Positions 10,201 to 24,517 are shown, numbered from the stretch's first letter. The stretch is 64,000 nucleotides of DNA from Eledone cirrhosa (GCA_964016885.1 OZ024743.1:106020001-106084000); one strand, 5' to 3'. Numbers and translations are program-made. The notes: generated by a model from the letters alone, not told the origin.

Positions 10201-12632
10201 AGGCTGCCGGGTACCTTAAGCGTTGTCTTCTACTAATGCCTCAAGTTGAGCAATATCAAGTTGAACAATGAGGCATTTAGCAGGCGGAAACTGCAGAAGA
10301 CCGTCATGTATAAATATGTTTAAAAACGGCGTTAGAAAATATTAGTATCAAATCTTCCATGCGTTTTTATTGTACATATAAATCAAGTTATATAATATTG
10401 TTCGTGTTTCGTTAAAGCTTAGTTCTCAATTTCAGAAGTCTCTTTTAGTTACATTATTTAAATTTTCTGTGGTTCTCTGACTGATAAATATGTAATGGCA
10501 AACTATCATACAGCTTTCACCTGGCATTAGCTTTAATTAAGGCCGCGGGTCATTTTGTGACAATCGATTTAATTCATTTCCGACAAATTCACCTGCAACA
10601 CAGAATTCAATTTCCTACTTCTACCAAGTGCAAGGGAATTTACCACTTGTGTAGTGTTAAAAGTTGTATTTTAGGGGGCTTGTTTCGAATTATGGCCATG
10701 CACAAATGTTTGTTAACTAACTCATGAATTTTCAAGATCTATAAAATATGCTGAAATAAAGCAACGTTAATTTATATATAACTAACAGGAAGAGTAAACA
10801 CCTGTAATTCTTTAGGAAATTTAAGTAGCCAAAACAAAAAAAAAAAAAATGTTTTACACACTAGAATATATTAAAGAAATTAAACAAAAAAGGAAACTAA
10901 ATATTGATAGTGGTGTGAAGTTCAGTTAACAATCACGTGATTCCTCCTTCAATCCCACAACGGGGCGAATTACGAACGTATGTCCTGTTATAGCTCTGTG
11001 TAGATGAATGAGTGTGGGCCGAGTTTAGTTGACGCAAACTCAATGGAAAGTAATTGCATCCGTACGAGTGTGTTTATGATTATATATTTCATAATTCCTT
11101 AGTGGTTAATGTTTTCGTCTTACCATCGCAATGTCATGATCTTGATCTGTGAGCTGTGCGTTCTATCCTTGAGCAATCATTATATTTCACATTTGTCCAG
11201 TGCACTGAAGTGAAAATAAGTCGTTATGCCTATAATTCAAATCTCTCCGAAAGCTACCTTAACGGTTTAACCTTTTGTTAGAGACGCCGCCACATAGAAG
11301 TTAATCTCCCAAGCAGGTTGTTCACTCATGTTATGGTTTAAAGTAAAATAATTAGAGATGGACAAAAACATATTAGTGAAAGAGTAGCCAAATCTCCCTC
11401 ATATCATATTAGTGTCTCAAATAAAGAAGGAAGACACATTTGAAAATGTAGTCCGAGATACACTGTGTCTGAAAGAAAAATACATATCTGACAGTAGACA
11501 CCCAACTAACGTAGTCAAACCTATATAGAAATGGACCAAAAACAATTAGTAACCCATTCAATTATCACATGATCATCATGATAGGTGCAATGTGTCCGAA
11601 TACGGAATAGTCCAACTCCCGCCGTCATCGCTCCCATCTCTCTCGCCCTCACCATCTCTCTGTATAGTGAGCAATTGGGGTTTCACATTCCGGCTGACCT
11701 GCAGCCCAGCCGACAGAATGGAGAAGGCGTTTCCCCGCAGGATGGTAAGTGAAATGCGCTTGTTCTTACAGTTGAGACGACTGTCTTTGAACCAACAGAG
11801 AAAGGACACATATACATATTCCCTACCTCAACTAAATGTTGGGACGTTTCCAAAATTGACAGAATCAACATAGATGTTCCTTTTATAAATCTACATTCAT
11901 CTATAATTAGGTATTTATTTCTAAGCATAAAACCGTATGTTAGTAAGGTCTTTATACATAATTTAATATTATAACATATGCGTAATGTATATGCAATGCA
12001 TTTTTTATATTTGAAATCACGTGAATATGTAAAGTAGTCGGAGAGAATATAAAAGGAGAATGAATAAGTAAAAAGAGCAAAATATATATAAATAAGTATC
12101 ATTTTTCCTATAACATTAAAACGTTTAAAGAAAATAAAATTAGACACATTTTAGCTACCACTTGTATGTTTGCTGAGGAATTTAGATTTAAAAAAAATTA
12201 GATTTTAACAACATTTTCACATATAATGTACATGTCTTTTTCATCTGCGTTTTGAAAAAAAAATGTTTTTTCATATCTCTCATAATAAAAGATATGAAAT
12301 GACAATAATATGTAATAACAAAAGCAATACGAAAAATAGTAATCGATTTCAAATTCATGTTATTTTTAATATGGCTTCAATTGAATGGATTCCATTATGC
12401 TGTAAGTACAAGTAAATATTTAGAATAAAGAGCCAAACAATGAAAACTAAAAGCATATTCCGAATCTTTTTCTTAGCACTTACATAATTTAAGACATCAG
12501 AAATGTTTTATCTGAAGATTCATCGGCTTCGTTACTCTCTCTCTCTCCCTCCCACTGCCCCCTCTCTCTTTTTCTCTCTCCCTCTCTCGCCCTGTATATA
12601 TATATATATACATACGTATAATATATATACAC

Positions 12633-12664
<32 letters not shown>

Positions 12665-12909
12665 AAATATATATATATATGCATATATTTATATACACCA
12701 ATATATGCATATATATTTATGTATATATGTATGTGTCTGTGTGTGTTTCTATGTGTATATATATATATATTTATATATACTTTCGTATTTGTATATACAC
12801 ATTTGTATGCATATATATACATATCTATATATATATATATATATATATATGTTATATATATATTATAGAATACTGTTGGCTTCTTGCTACAATACTTTCT
12901 ATACCTTTC

Positions 12910-12958
<49 letters not shown>

Positions 12959-13079
12959 TATAAATATATACGCTAGCAGCCGAATTGTATGATAAAGTTA
13001 TTCTGTATATCGGTTACACACTCTATTTACTCAGATATAATTTTATATCTATCTATCTATCTATCTATCTCTCTACCTA

Positions 13080-13110
<31 letters not shown>

Positions 13111-13113
<3 letters not shown>

Positions 13114-13304
13114 GGAAAACGTTTAACCCCGACGGCAGAACTCAAGCCGTTTCGACGGCTAATTCCGGCGTCCAGAAATAGCCGTCGAAACGGCCTGAGC
13201 TCTGCCGTCGAGTTAAACTTTTTCCTATTACCCACTCTACTACCCTAAGTGTTGAGTACTGTGGTTCGTTATGGTCCATCTGGTTCCTTACCACACCTCC
13301 TTTG

Positions 13305-13307
<3 letters not shown>
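13111..13307 (+). mobile_element. Short foldback element (hairpin 13111-13228 plus tail) with the 3' half of an HHR; same family as 62163-62520
   Basis: Imperfect palindrome, GAAACGGC...GCCGTC, shared tail TTACCCACTCTACTACCCTAAG...CCTTACCAC, (TA)n on both sides. Confidence 0.8.
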
Positions 13308-13370
<63 letters not shown>

Positions 13371-13666
13371 ATATAGGTAATGTATACATGCATGGGTGTA
13401 TGCAACTTTGATTGTATCTTTCGTACGTTTGGGTTCCTGCTTGTGTTAGATGCATATTTTTCTGTGTACACGAGAAGCATGTTTTAAAAATTATTTTCAA
13501 CACATTCTATATAATACATGTGAACATTTACATATATATATACATATGTGTGTGCGCTAGGTGGGTTTGTTTGTGAATGTGTGTATGTGTGTTTGTATGG
13601 GTGTGAGCGTGTGCGTGTGTGTGCGTGGCAGTTGGTGTGTATATATATATGTATATATATATATTT

Positions 13667-13667
13667 A

Positions 13668-13723
<56 letters not shown>

Positions 13724-13743
13724 TAGATAAATAGATAGAGAGA

Positions 13744-13820
<77 letters not shown>
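13667..13820. repeat. (GA)n/(GATA)n microsatellite
   Basis: Direct reading. Confidence 0.95.
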
Positions 13821-13825
<5 letters not shown>

Positions 13826-14339
13826 TAGGCAGATAGATAGATATAGATTAATATGGAATTTATTTCTGTCTATAGGCTTTTCTCTTTCGTTATATTCCAC
13901 TCTCTATATTAGCATAAATATATGACCGTTTATATTCTAACATAATAAAATATGAAATACCTCATACATTCTATTCTCTCAAATTTCTGGTTTGGTTAGT
14001 TATTCGCAGCGCAATATACCCTTGGTATGTTACAGTTTACATAACTAGTCCTTCATCTCCCACACCAACCCATTTTCTACTTAGTTTGTGAGATCTGACA
14101 TATCATTATATGCAGTGTATCAAATACCTCATTGGTCACCTACTGAATCAAATTTTTTTAAAATATCAAACACAGTAATCGCCTCATTTTCTTGATTTTT
14201 TAATGTTGAAGTCTTATCTCCTGAACACTAGAAATAAAACAAACACAACAATAATAGATTCTAATGTGATGGTCCTAGGAAAAACAAGAATACATAACAT
14301 GCGCTTTTTTTACAATGCAAGAAAGAAAGAATGGTTTCT

Positions 14340-14545
14340 TATATAGGCTCAATGCCAACAAATTGGGGGAGGGTAAAGTCGATTAAATCGAACCCAGTGC
14401 GTGACTGGTACTTTATTTTATCGATCCCGTAAGGATAAAAGACAAACTAAAATTTGCGGGATTTGAACTCAGATCATAATGGGCCGTAACTCTATGCTGC
14501 AAAGCATGGCGTCCGACCCTCTTCCGATACAACTAATCCACTCCA
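14340..14545 (-). mobile_element. tRNA-derived SINE (diverged)
   Basis: Reverse complement of the family core TACGGGGTCGATAAAATAAAGTACCAG and GAGTTCAAATCCCGC. Confidence 0.75.
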
Positions 14546-14861
14546 AGCAAGAAATAGTAATGTAGAAGCACACACACAAACACAAAGAATAATAATTATC
14601 ATTTCTAAAAACGATTCACACTGTTGTCATATTGGTGAAACAAAACAAAACAAAAACAAAATGAAACTAAATGACAACATTAAAGTGTAGAAATAACCAC
14701 AAAAAAGTATGGGATGTCCTCTGCGCAAATTGTTATAATGAATTTGATTAATTTCAAACGGAAACCATCTGCTAAATAGCTGTTATTGCGACAGGAACAT
14801 GTCACAAGTAGTCGTGTGCGACACGTGAACACATGAACATTTACTTTCAGATTTAATGTTT

Positions 14862-15081
14862 TGCAGTATCGGTAGAGCGTCAGATACCATGCTTTGCCGC
14901 ATAAAGTTATGGTCCGTTGTATTCTGAGTTCAAATCACGCGGATGTTAACTTCGTCGTTTCTCTTTACGGGGTCGGTAAAACAAAGCACCAGTAATGCTC
15001 TGGGGTAATTGCTGGCTTTGTGCTAAAAGTAGAAACAATATTTTTATTATTATCATTATTATTATTATTATTATTATTATT
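14862..15081 (+). mobile_element. tRNA-derived SINE with (ATT)n tail
   Basis: GAGTTCAAATC B box, family core, and 3' AGTAGAAACAA followed by ATT repeats. Confidence 0.8.
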
Positions 15082-15289
15082 GGCGACCTACGTAGTAAAT
15101 CGTATCATCGTGAGCTCCGCAAAGGTTTGTTATTTCCGTTTGTTAAAAATTGTCATTTATGGAAAATTTTATTGTTAACTGTTTATAAGCACACATACAT
15201 TGTTTTCCGAAAAGGACACCCAAAAAGATTGGGGCCTTGTGCACAAAATTTAAACTTTTATTATTATCAACAAATTTCTTTGAAAAAAA

Positions 15290-17275
15290 ATGGCTACTTC
15301 ACCTCTGCACGAAGCAGCTGAAAGCCTTCCTCACAAAATAACACCTCACACCGACACCACCATTGTAAATGTTACTACGTTTGCCAACACAAAAAAAATA
15401 TAAGCAGTAGCAATATTTTAAATTTGTCTCAGGCAGACATTCATTTTCCGCCATTACCAATGACTGCAGGTGTTAAAGCCTCCACCACCACCACCACCAC
15501 CGCAACAACCACCACCACCACCGCCACCGCGACAACAGAAACAAAACAAGAAAAAAATAAATTAACTCGTGATGTCGAAATGAAATCAAGCAAAATGGAT
15601 TCTTCCCCACCAAAGACGACTGACGTCACCACCACCACAACTGAAACTAAAATTAATATTAACGATAGCAACAACAACAACAATGACATTATAACCCCCC
15701 CCCCTCAGTTTCGCCAGAGTAGCAAAACAATTCGAAGCATTTACCGTAACTCAGGAAGATTTAGAAAATGCCAAACAAATGGTAAAGAAAGATGGGTACA
15801 GGGTCAGCCTCACCCCCCCACCTAATAAAATGGAGCATCGGCGCATATGCACCGTGTCGTATAGAACAATAAATGTAAAATCGCGCCGAGTGGAACGGGC
15901 ATCCGAGTCCCAAATACAAAAAGCTTTGGGACATGTGTGGGCAAGAAAAACACACATCAGACGTGGGCAAAAGTATGGAACCGTGGACGTGTTCTTTGAA
16001 ACACCAGAGGAGGCTAGAGAACACTCCATGGCCCCATTAAAAAGTGACGACTTCACACTCGTCACAAGCTATTGTGGCCAGAGACTCGTAAAGATCAGGG
16101 TGACCCACGTTCCACCGGCCATTGAAATTCCCTGGCTAATAGCGGCCGTCCTCGCCGGCATCGAAGCCAACACGAAAATAATAGCAATAGCAAAAGAAAA
16201 GCAGGAAGACTTGTCCGGATCTGGGATGGAGCTCCTGATCCAAGCGGACCAAAAAAGCATTGAGGAGATCCCAGAGGTAATAGACCTCACTGACGGCAGC
16301 CACCTCAAGGTAATTGTCGAGGGCAGAAGACCTAGGTGTGTCGTTTGTGGTGAAGGAACCCACCTAAGGGCTTTCTGCCCTCAGGCTAAAAGGTTGAGGC
16401 CACCTCTCCTACCCACCCCAGTGACACAACCATCAACACCACCAGTAGCAGAGATGGCAGCAACAACTGTAGCAGCAACAACAGAAGCAACTATAACAGC
16501 AACAACCCCAGCAACAGTAGCAAAACAAACACCACCACCACCACCAGCAAAACCAACACCACCACCAGCCAACGCTTCAGAACTAGCACCATGGCCTACA
16601 CCATCCACCACGCCGCAACCAAAACTAACGGCTGTGGAGGATTTTCCACTCCCCGGCCTATCACAACTGGAGACAGATTGTGACGACGAGGAGTGGGAAA
16701 CGATATCCGGAAAAAAAAAGAAACCAAAAAAGAAAAAAATCTCTTCCTTCCCCCTCCAAAAACAAAATACAGAGGGAAACAAATAAATTAAGAAACAAAA
16801 AAGTTAGGACAGATATGCCACCATCCACACCAGCATCACCAACCCCATCAACCCAAACACCAACACCATCACCATCATTAACCCCAACACCACCATCACC
16901 TACACCACAAAAGTCACCAAAATGCGAAACAGAAACAAACCCACAACAAACGCAAACAAAACAAAACAACCAAAACGATACACACTACACAGCATTAAAT
17001 TTGAACAACAAGCAATTATTACACTACATCCAACACAACACCAGCATCACAGAAAAATACTACACAACAACACCAAAATTCACACCACCTCCACACATAC
17101 AAATCACTGCATCACACAGAAAACGTACATGACACTAAAACAAAAATTCCCCAAAGACATCGGAGACTTCCGACAAGCACTCTCCAGGAGGATTTATAAG
17201 GACATCCTTCCCGAGGAGGCCACAAGCAGTGAAAAGGATGGAAAAACCGTCCTTCCCCTACGAGAAGTAAGGTAA
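15290..17275 (+). pseudogene. Tx1 ORF1 (gag-like), frameshifted
   Basis: CVVCGEGTHLRAFC (CX2CX4HX4C) and Pro/Thr-rich region, split across overlapping frames. Confidence 0.75.
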
Positions 17276-17309
17276 GTGGTATTTCCCATCTTTTCCACTC
17301 CTTTTCAAC

Positions 17310-20107
17310 ATGACCTCACTCAGAATAGGCAGCATAAATGCGCGTGGCTTGGGGTCGTCATGGAAGCAGGGCCACCTGCTCAACGACCTCAGGTCACTAA
17401 ACATAGATGTAGTGGCTATCAGCGAGACCAGAATCTCCGAAGCACAGGCTTTCGCAAGGCCTACAGAGACCGGATTAGCGAAGTAGTTAAGCGGGCGTTG
17501 ACGGGGGCCATCGTCAACAACAAGTGGTGGTTTGCTCTGAAAAGAGCAATTAGAATAGAGTCCATTAGGTTTAGTAAGACTTTAGCAATAGAGAAAAATA
17601 GAGCAGAGGGAGAATTAGTTAGAAAATTAGATGAGGCGCTTAGCAAAGGCATCGCGACCGACGTACTTGCGGCGAAATTGGCCCTTGACCAATTCTTCAA
17701 TGCAAAGCACGAAGGCTGCGTTGTCAGAGCTAGGGTGCGTGCTCTCAGACACGAGGGGACGAAAGCCGTTCAATGGGCCCGAGTGGATGAGGCGCGTCGT
17801 GGCAACAAAGCCACGATCCGGTCTTTGGTGGACCACGACGGGCGCATGCTACTCGATCCCGGGCAAATGTGTGAAGCGTTTCAGCGACACTTCGCTCAAC
17901 TGTTCGTGGGCAGTGGCGGGCCGGATCGAGGGATGGACTTTAGTGTCTACCTCGACGGACTGCCGCGGCTTTCGGCCACTGAGGCGGAGTGTTGCGAAAA
18001 GCCGATAACAACCGCTGAATTGCGGGATGCAATGACTAGTTGCACAAGGGGTAAATCGCCTGGTTTCGATGGTCTGCCCTATGAACTTTACGTACAAATG
18101 CCAAACTTGTTCGGAGGCCTCTTGGCGGACGTCCACTGCAACTGGCAACAGAACGGGAGAATTCCCAGCTCTGTGAGCCGAGGAGCGGTGGCGCTGCTGA
18201 GAAAGGATCCGAATAAGGAGGATAACATAGATAATTTAAGGCCCATAACTCTGCTAAACACAGAGTTGAAGATTTTGGCCAAGGTGCTAGCAAAGAGATT
18301 GGCGCTTGTCGTTGGTGGTCTGGTGGGAGAGGCACAGACATGCGCCATTCCCGACAGATCCATCCACGGCAACCTCCACTTCATGCGATACATCGTAGAG
18401 AGGGTAGCTAGGGAACCTGGCACGGGTGGGTCTTTGATCAATTTAGATCAGTCGAAAGCCTTCGATAGGGTCGACCATCGTTACCTAGCGGCAGTCCTGA
18501 GGGCGGCTGGCTTTGGGCCCGTCTTCAGAGGCTGGATCGCTGCCATGCACAGCGACATCTGCTCTGTAGTGAGAGTGAACGGTCACCTTTCGGAACCGTT
18601 CAACATCATGCGCTCGGTCCGCCAAGGATGTCCCCTCTCGTCACTATTGTACGTATTGACTCTCCAGCCATTACTGCACAAACTGGAGACGTTGAGGGGG
18701 GTCCCGCGCGAACTAGGATGCGGAAGATCCGTGTCAGCATATGCGGACGATGTCACCGTAGTGGTGTCGAACGCCAAGCACATCGAGGCGATCGGCACTA
18801 CACTAAGAGAATACGAAGCGGTGACAGGAGCAATGATCAACCAGGAAAAGTCAGTGGGCCTGCAGCTCGGCACCTGGAGAGGCAGGTCCATGCCGTCCAA
18901 CAGCGTCGTCGGGCGCTGGACGGACGGACCGGTTAAATTGCTAGGGGTCTGGTTCGGTCCAGACCTCCAGACGGACAAAAACTGGGACGAGGTGACGAGC
19001 AGGGTGGCTTCTCTCACCCAGAAATGGGCCGAGAGAAAGCTATCCCTGAAAGGTCGAGCTGAGGTGGCGAATGCGTACATCGCATCCGTCATCTACTACC
19101 GCCTGACCGTCGTACCTTGTCCTAAGCCCCGCCTGACTGCGCTAGAGCGTTTGCTCTTTCGCTTCTTGTGGAAGGGACGCGCTCCGATGGTCAGGCGGTC
19201 CATCTGCTGTGAACACCCGCTACGTGGAGGGCTGGGCATGCCGTGGCTGATGATGCGCAGACACGCGCTCAGGCTACGACATCTCCACCTCTTCCTCGAC
19301 GGTGATCAGGTGTGGTCGCCGTTTGCTAGACACGTTTTTCCCCAGCTCGTCTCCTTGACGGAGCTGCAGTCCTGGGTCAAGCGAAGACCGAGAGGGAGCG
19401 CTTGGAGACTGGAATGTCTTCAGGCGCTCACAGCCCTCGACCAATCGGGCAATGTGATCGGTGGAAACTCCACCTTGGCGTTCTATAGGGGATTAGTGGA
19501 GGGGAAGAGCGACGACGTACTTGGAGAAACTCTAGGCGTCGACGAAAATCAACTAGCCAATCTCTTCGGAAGGACTTTCGGGCCGGGGCCTATGGACAAT
19601 TTCCAGAAATCCCTGGCCTGGCAGTGCTACCGAGGAGCTTTGCCAGTTCGGGATAAACTCTACAGGCATGGAGGTGCCGTCAGCCGGGCATGTCCGAGAT
19701 GCGCGCAGGGCGACGAAACCGTCCTGCACGCACTCGTCCAGTGTCCGAGCATTGCTGACTTGTGGGTTTATGTCGAACACCTGCTGTCACGTGTAGGACG
19801 GATCCAGCTATCAGCTGAGTCCATCGTGAGGATTGCCCCGCCCCCTTCCTTTAGCCGGGAAGGGCAGGCAGTTTTTATCTGTCTGGTGGCCATGGCGAAA
19901 GAGATAGTATGGTGGACACGTTTGAAAGGGCTGAAGACGAGCACTTACCTCTTCGGTGATGCCCTGATTAACTTTTTCAAATTTCATTTGAAAAGGAAAA
20001 TCAGGGTAGAGAGGGAAGTGCTCTCTTCCCAGCATTTTGTTGAAAGATGGGTGAGAGAAGCAAGTATGGCCCGAATGAATGGGCCTTCTCTGAGTATGTG
20101 TCTGTAA
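17310..20107 (+). pseudogene. Tx1 ORF2: reverse transcriptase open, APE endonuclease mostly deleted with a frameshift near 17456
   Basis: MTSLRIGSINARGL...DVVAISETR, then a jump to the post-endonuclease linker; KSPGFDG, RPITLLN, DQSKAFDRV, VRQGCPLS, YADD, CPRC..ETVLHALVQC. Confidence 0.9.
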
Positions 20108-20350
20108 ATTAAAGGTGGAAAACTGGGAGAGGGCACTTGCCCTGGTGGTCAGGGCCACTGTGGTCTTTTAATGGGCTTTCTCCACAAATGTCCCTTGGAA
20201 GTCTCCCCCCTATTGGGGAATTTTTCTTTGTTATTTTATTTCAACCTCTGTTTTTTTTACACGCAGAAATGCCCATTTGTACCGTCCTGTATTGTCCTGT
20301 ACTGTCCTTAATGCCTACTTTATGTGAACCCTTGTGGTTAATAAAGAAAA

Positions 20351-20393
<43 letters not shown>

Positions 20394-20994
20394 GGTTGTT
20401 GAATTACAGAGACGTTCATTTATGAGGTCATCATTTTGTCATATTTCATGGAAGCTAGACAACCTGCTCAACGACTTCCAGTCGATGGACATAGATGTGG
20501 TGGCCATGAACGAGACCAGAATTTCCGAGGCCCAAAACTTCGCACCCATTTTCGGTGGTTACGCTTTGTATGCATCTCCAAGCCATCCGGTATCTGGAAT
20601 CGGATCGCAGTGTTGTTTCAGAAAGGCCTAGATCTCCCGCTACCGACCATTTTCCTGGAGCCAGAGGTAAGTCGTTGGGGATGGACTTAACGTGGCTGTG
20701 TATGTGCAGGCAGCAGCAGGACGTTCTGATTTCTTCAAGTGATAGGAGACCCTCCCAGTAACGTCCCAGTCTTTAATATTAGTGGGTAATTAGATTAGGA
20801 TCGTGGATACACGCTGGGACTGTGTGGGACTAGCCGATAGAGGAGGAGGGTGTAAAAGCTTCGCAAACCTCTTCAGATTTTACCATCTGCCTGACAGGCA
20901 CAGACTTAATTTCCCGAATGTGCCAATATGGACATGGACAAAGCACGTTGGGTCATCCAGATCGTATCTAGATAGGGTATTTTGTAAGTAAGTA

Positions 20995-22288
20995 CAGGTT
21001 GGGGCATAATTCCTGTTACAAAGCTTTAAATCAATTTTAAAAATACATTATGTTGCTAATATAACTAATATATTTGTATCACATCCATGCACTATAACCA
21101 GATTTACTATTTTTCAGAACATTACGCCATTAACAATTTGCAATGTCCATAGAATTGAAAAGAAAGTTCATAATAGAGAAGCATGGAAAAGGCCTAACTC
21201 CACGCGAGATATTTAAACTGGGGAAAAAACTCTTAAGATCAATAGAATGTTGATCAAAAGGACAATCAATCGATTTAAGGAAACTACCTTTGCCAAAGAC
21301 AGACCTCTATCTGGACGCCCTCGCATCTCAAGAACACCAAAACTCGTGAAAATTGTGAGGGAAAAAATAAGGCGTAATCCAAGAAGGTCCATGAGAAAAA
21401 TGACCGACGAAGCAGAAACATCGACGAGAACTATTCGGAGGATATGTCGAGATGATCTGGGGATGTCACCCTATAAGTTCCAAAAGAGGCAGCTTCTTTC
21501 TGCGGCGACAATTGAAAAGAGGCTCTCCAGAAGTAAACTGTTATTGAACCGTATCAAGGATGGCACGCTGCAAAACATCATCTTTACAGATGAGAAGTTA
21601 TTCACTGTGCAGCAGTCTCACAATCATCAAAATGATGGAGTACTTGCAAAAAGTCTCAAATCAATTCCTTCAAGTCTAGGAAAAGTGTTCAGAACACAGA
21701 AACCAGCATCAGTGATGGTTTGGGCAGCTATTTCTGAAAGAGGGAAGTCTTCTCTGAGGAGTTAAAATTAACAAAGAACTTTACATAAAGGATATTTTGG
21801 AAGGAGCACTGATGCCATGGTGCACATCTGTTTATGGCGATGACATTTGGACTCTCCAACTCGATGGAGCGACGAGCCACACTGCTAGCGTAACACAAAA
21901 GTGTTGTAGAGACCATTATCCTGCATGGATCAGTAAGGAAGAGTGGCCTCTCACATCACCAGATCTCAACCCTATCGATTTTTCATTATGGTCAATTCTT
22001 GTGAGTGAAGCCTGCTCTACTCCTAGCCAAAATATTGAAACACTAAAATTAAAACTGAATAAAGTATGGGAGAAAATACCCATGGAAACTGTTCGTGCAG
22101 CCATCGAAGACTTTCCTAGAAGACTTCCAGCGGGATTGTGAGCTAGAAGAAAGCATTTGGAATAGATTTTTGTGCAGATGTTTAATAGTATATTCCTTAC
22201 TATTTGCTGAAGTCAGATCTTGAAATAAATGTTTTTTTTCAAGAACTATTTGCATTTTATTTTGTAACAGTTTTTATGCCCCAGCCTG
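20995..22288 (+). mobile_element. Tc1/mariner-superfamily DNA transposon, DD37D (maT) type
   Basis: TIRs CAGG(T/C)TGGGGCATAA...TGTTACAAA, TA target duplication (20993-94, 22289-90), 1294 bp. Confidence 0.93.
21143..22164 (+). pseudogene. DD37D transposase, frameshifted
   Basis: RSGRPR-like linker, IIFTDEKLF, VMVWAAIS, LQLDGATSH, SPDLNPIDF; 37 residues between the 2nd and 3rd Asp. Confidence 0.9.
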
Positions 22289-24517
22289 TAGATAGTTCTA
22301 GCATAGGTTTCCACAATTCAAGATAGTCGACTACACGGAACACAAAAGATTAGAATATAATCATTTATGTTTAGTAAGACGTTAGCAATAGAGGCAGAGC
22401 GAGTTAGAAGATTAGACAAGGCGCTGAGTAAAGGCACCCCCAAAACCTGCTTGTGCTGAGATTGGTACTCACCCAATTTCTCAATGCAAAGACCGAAGGC
22501 TGCGATGTCAGAGCCAGGGCACGTGCTCTGAGACACGAAGGGGGGAAAATGTTTGATGAACCAGAGTGGTGGAGGTGTGTGGTGGCTACACAGTGACGAT
22601 CCGGCCTTTGGAGGACCATGAAGGGTGCAGGTTACTCGATCCCGAGCAAATGTGTGTGGTCTTTCAGCGGCACTTCGCTCAGCTGTTCCTGGGCAGCCGC
22701 GGGCCAGATCGAGGGATGGACTTTAATGGATACATCGACGGTAAGAGTGGTTCTTGACCACCGAGGCTGAGTGTTGCAAAAAGCCGAAAACAGCTGCGGA
22801 AGTACGAGAGTCAGTGATTGGCTGCACGATGGGTAAATCTCTTTGTTTGTGTTGTCTGCCCTACTAGCTTTACGTACACATGCAAGGCTTGTTCGGTGAC
22901 CTCTTGCCGCACTTCTACTGCAACTGGCAGGAGAACGGGAAAAATTAGCAGTTCTGTGAGCCGAGGAGCGGTGGTGCTGCTGAGAAAAGACCCGAATAAG
23001 GGGGAGAAAATAGATCATTTCAGGCCCATAACTCTTCAAGGGTTTTGGCCAAAGTGCGAACAACGAGGTTGGCGTGTATCATCGGTGGTCTAATGGGAGA
23101 TGAGCAGACATGCACAATTCCACACAGATCCATCCTTAGATCTCTACCTCATATCTTTACTTCATGCGATACATCGTCCCTGTTGTCAAGAATTGATTCT
23201 TGAGCAATTACTGTACGAACTGGTGACGTTGTAGGAGTAGCGGGTCAGCTTATGCCGACGACGTCACCGTTGTGGTGTCGAACACCAAATACATTAAGAT
23301 GATCGGCACCATTCTCAGGGGAAACGCGGTGGCAACTGGAGCAAAGATTAATCAGGAAAAGTCGGTGGACCTGTTGCTTGGCATCTGGTGAGGCAGGTCC
23401 ATGCCATCCAACAGCGTCATCAGGCTCTGGACGGACGGTCCGGTTAATTGCTAGGGATCTGGTTTGGTCTGGAACTCCAAATGGAGAAAAACTGGGACGA
23501 GGAGACGATAGAATGGACCGAGAGAAACCTGTCGCTGAAAATCGGGTGGAGGTGCCTTGTCCTACGCCTCGTATGACTGCCCTGGACCATTTGCCCATTC
23601 GCTTTTTGTGGAAGGGAAGCCCTCCGATGATCAGGTGTCACCTTCTGTCAACACTCGTTACGCACCCGTGGCTGATGAAGCGTAGACATGCTCTGAAGTT
23701 ACGACACCTCCAGATTTCCCAGGATGGGGAACAGGTGTGGTTGCCGTTTGGTAGACGTGTTTTTCCGCAACTCGTCACGTTGATGGAGTTGCAGTCCTGG
23801 GTCAAGCAAAAACCGTAATGGAGCGCTTAGAGACTAGACTGGACTATCTATCTTCAGGCGCTCACAACCGTCAGCTAATCGAGCACTGCGACAGTGGATA
23901 TTCCACCTTAGCGTTTTATGGAGGGTTGGTGGTGGATAAGTGTAACGACGTCATTGGGGAATCAACTAGCCAATCTCTTTGGAAGAATTTTCCGGCCGGG
24001 GCCCATGGAAAACTTCCAGAAATCCCTGGCCTGGCAGTGCTGCCAAGGAGCTTTTCCAGATCGGCATAAATTCTACAAGCATTGAAATGCTGTCAGACGG
24101 ACCTTATTTGAGATGCTGACCGGGCGATGAAACCCTCCTGAACGCACTTATCGAGTATCCGAGAATTGCTGACTTGGATGTTTATTTCAACTTGTTGAAA
24201 GATGGGTGAGAGAGGTGAGAATTGCCCGAGTGAATTGGCCTGATCTGAGTATGCACCTATAGATTGGTGCTGGAAAACTGGGAGAGGGCACTTGCTTTGG
24301 TGGTCAGCGTCACCGTAGTTTTTGTTGGCTTTCTCCACGAAAACCTCCAGGAAGAGCTTTTTGATTTACTTTTTGTTACATCCTTTGCTTTTGTTATTTT
24401 TTTTTTCGTACGCGCAGAAATCCATATTTTACCGTCTTGTACGTCTTTTGCCGTATTTAAGGTATTTTTTTGTAAACTGTTTTGTGGTTAATAAATAAAG
24501 AATTATTATTATTATAA

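Larger units (their letters stand above)
15082..20351 (+). mobile_element. Near full-length L1-clade Tx1-like LINE inserted in (ATT)n
   Basis: ORF1 with zinc knuckle, ORF2 with APE start, RT and C-terminal CCHC, 3' UTR with AATAAA, (ATT)n on both sides. Confidence 0.92.
20445..24500 (+). mobile_element. Older decayed Tx1-like LINE (ORF2 and 3' UTR), interrupted by a DNA transposon
   Basis: Colinear similarity to 17358-20351; retains the APE motifs NETR, WTW and SYLDRV; many stops. Confidence 0.88.

Noticed and set aside
11576-11900. GC-richer stretch with an acceptor-like site, a possible minus-strand exon
   Set aside because: No recognisable domain and no linked exons; needs RNA-seq or BLASTX
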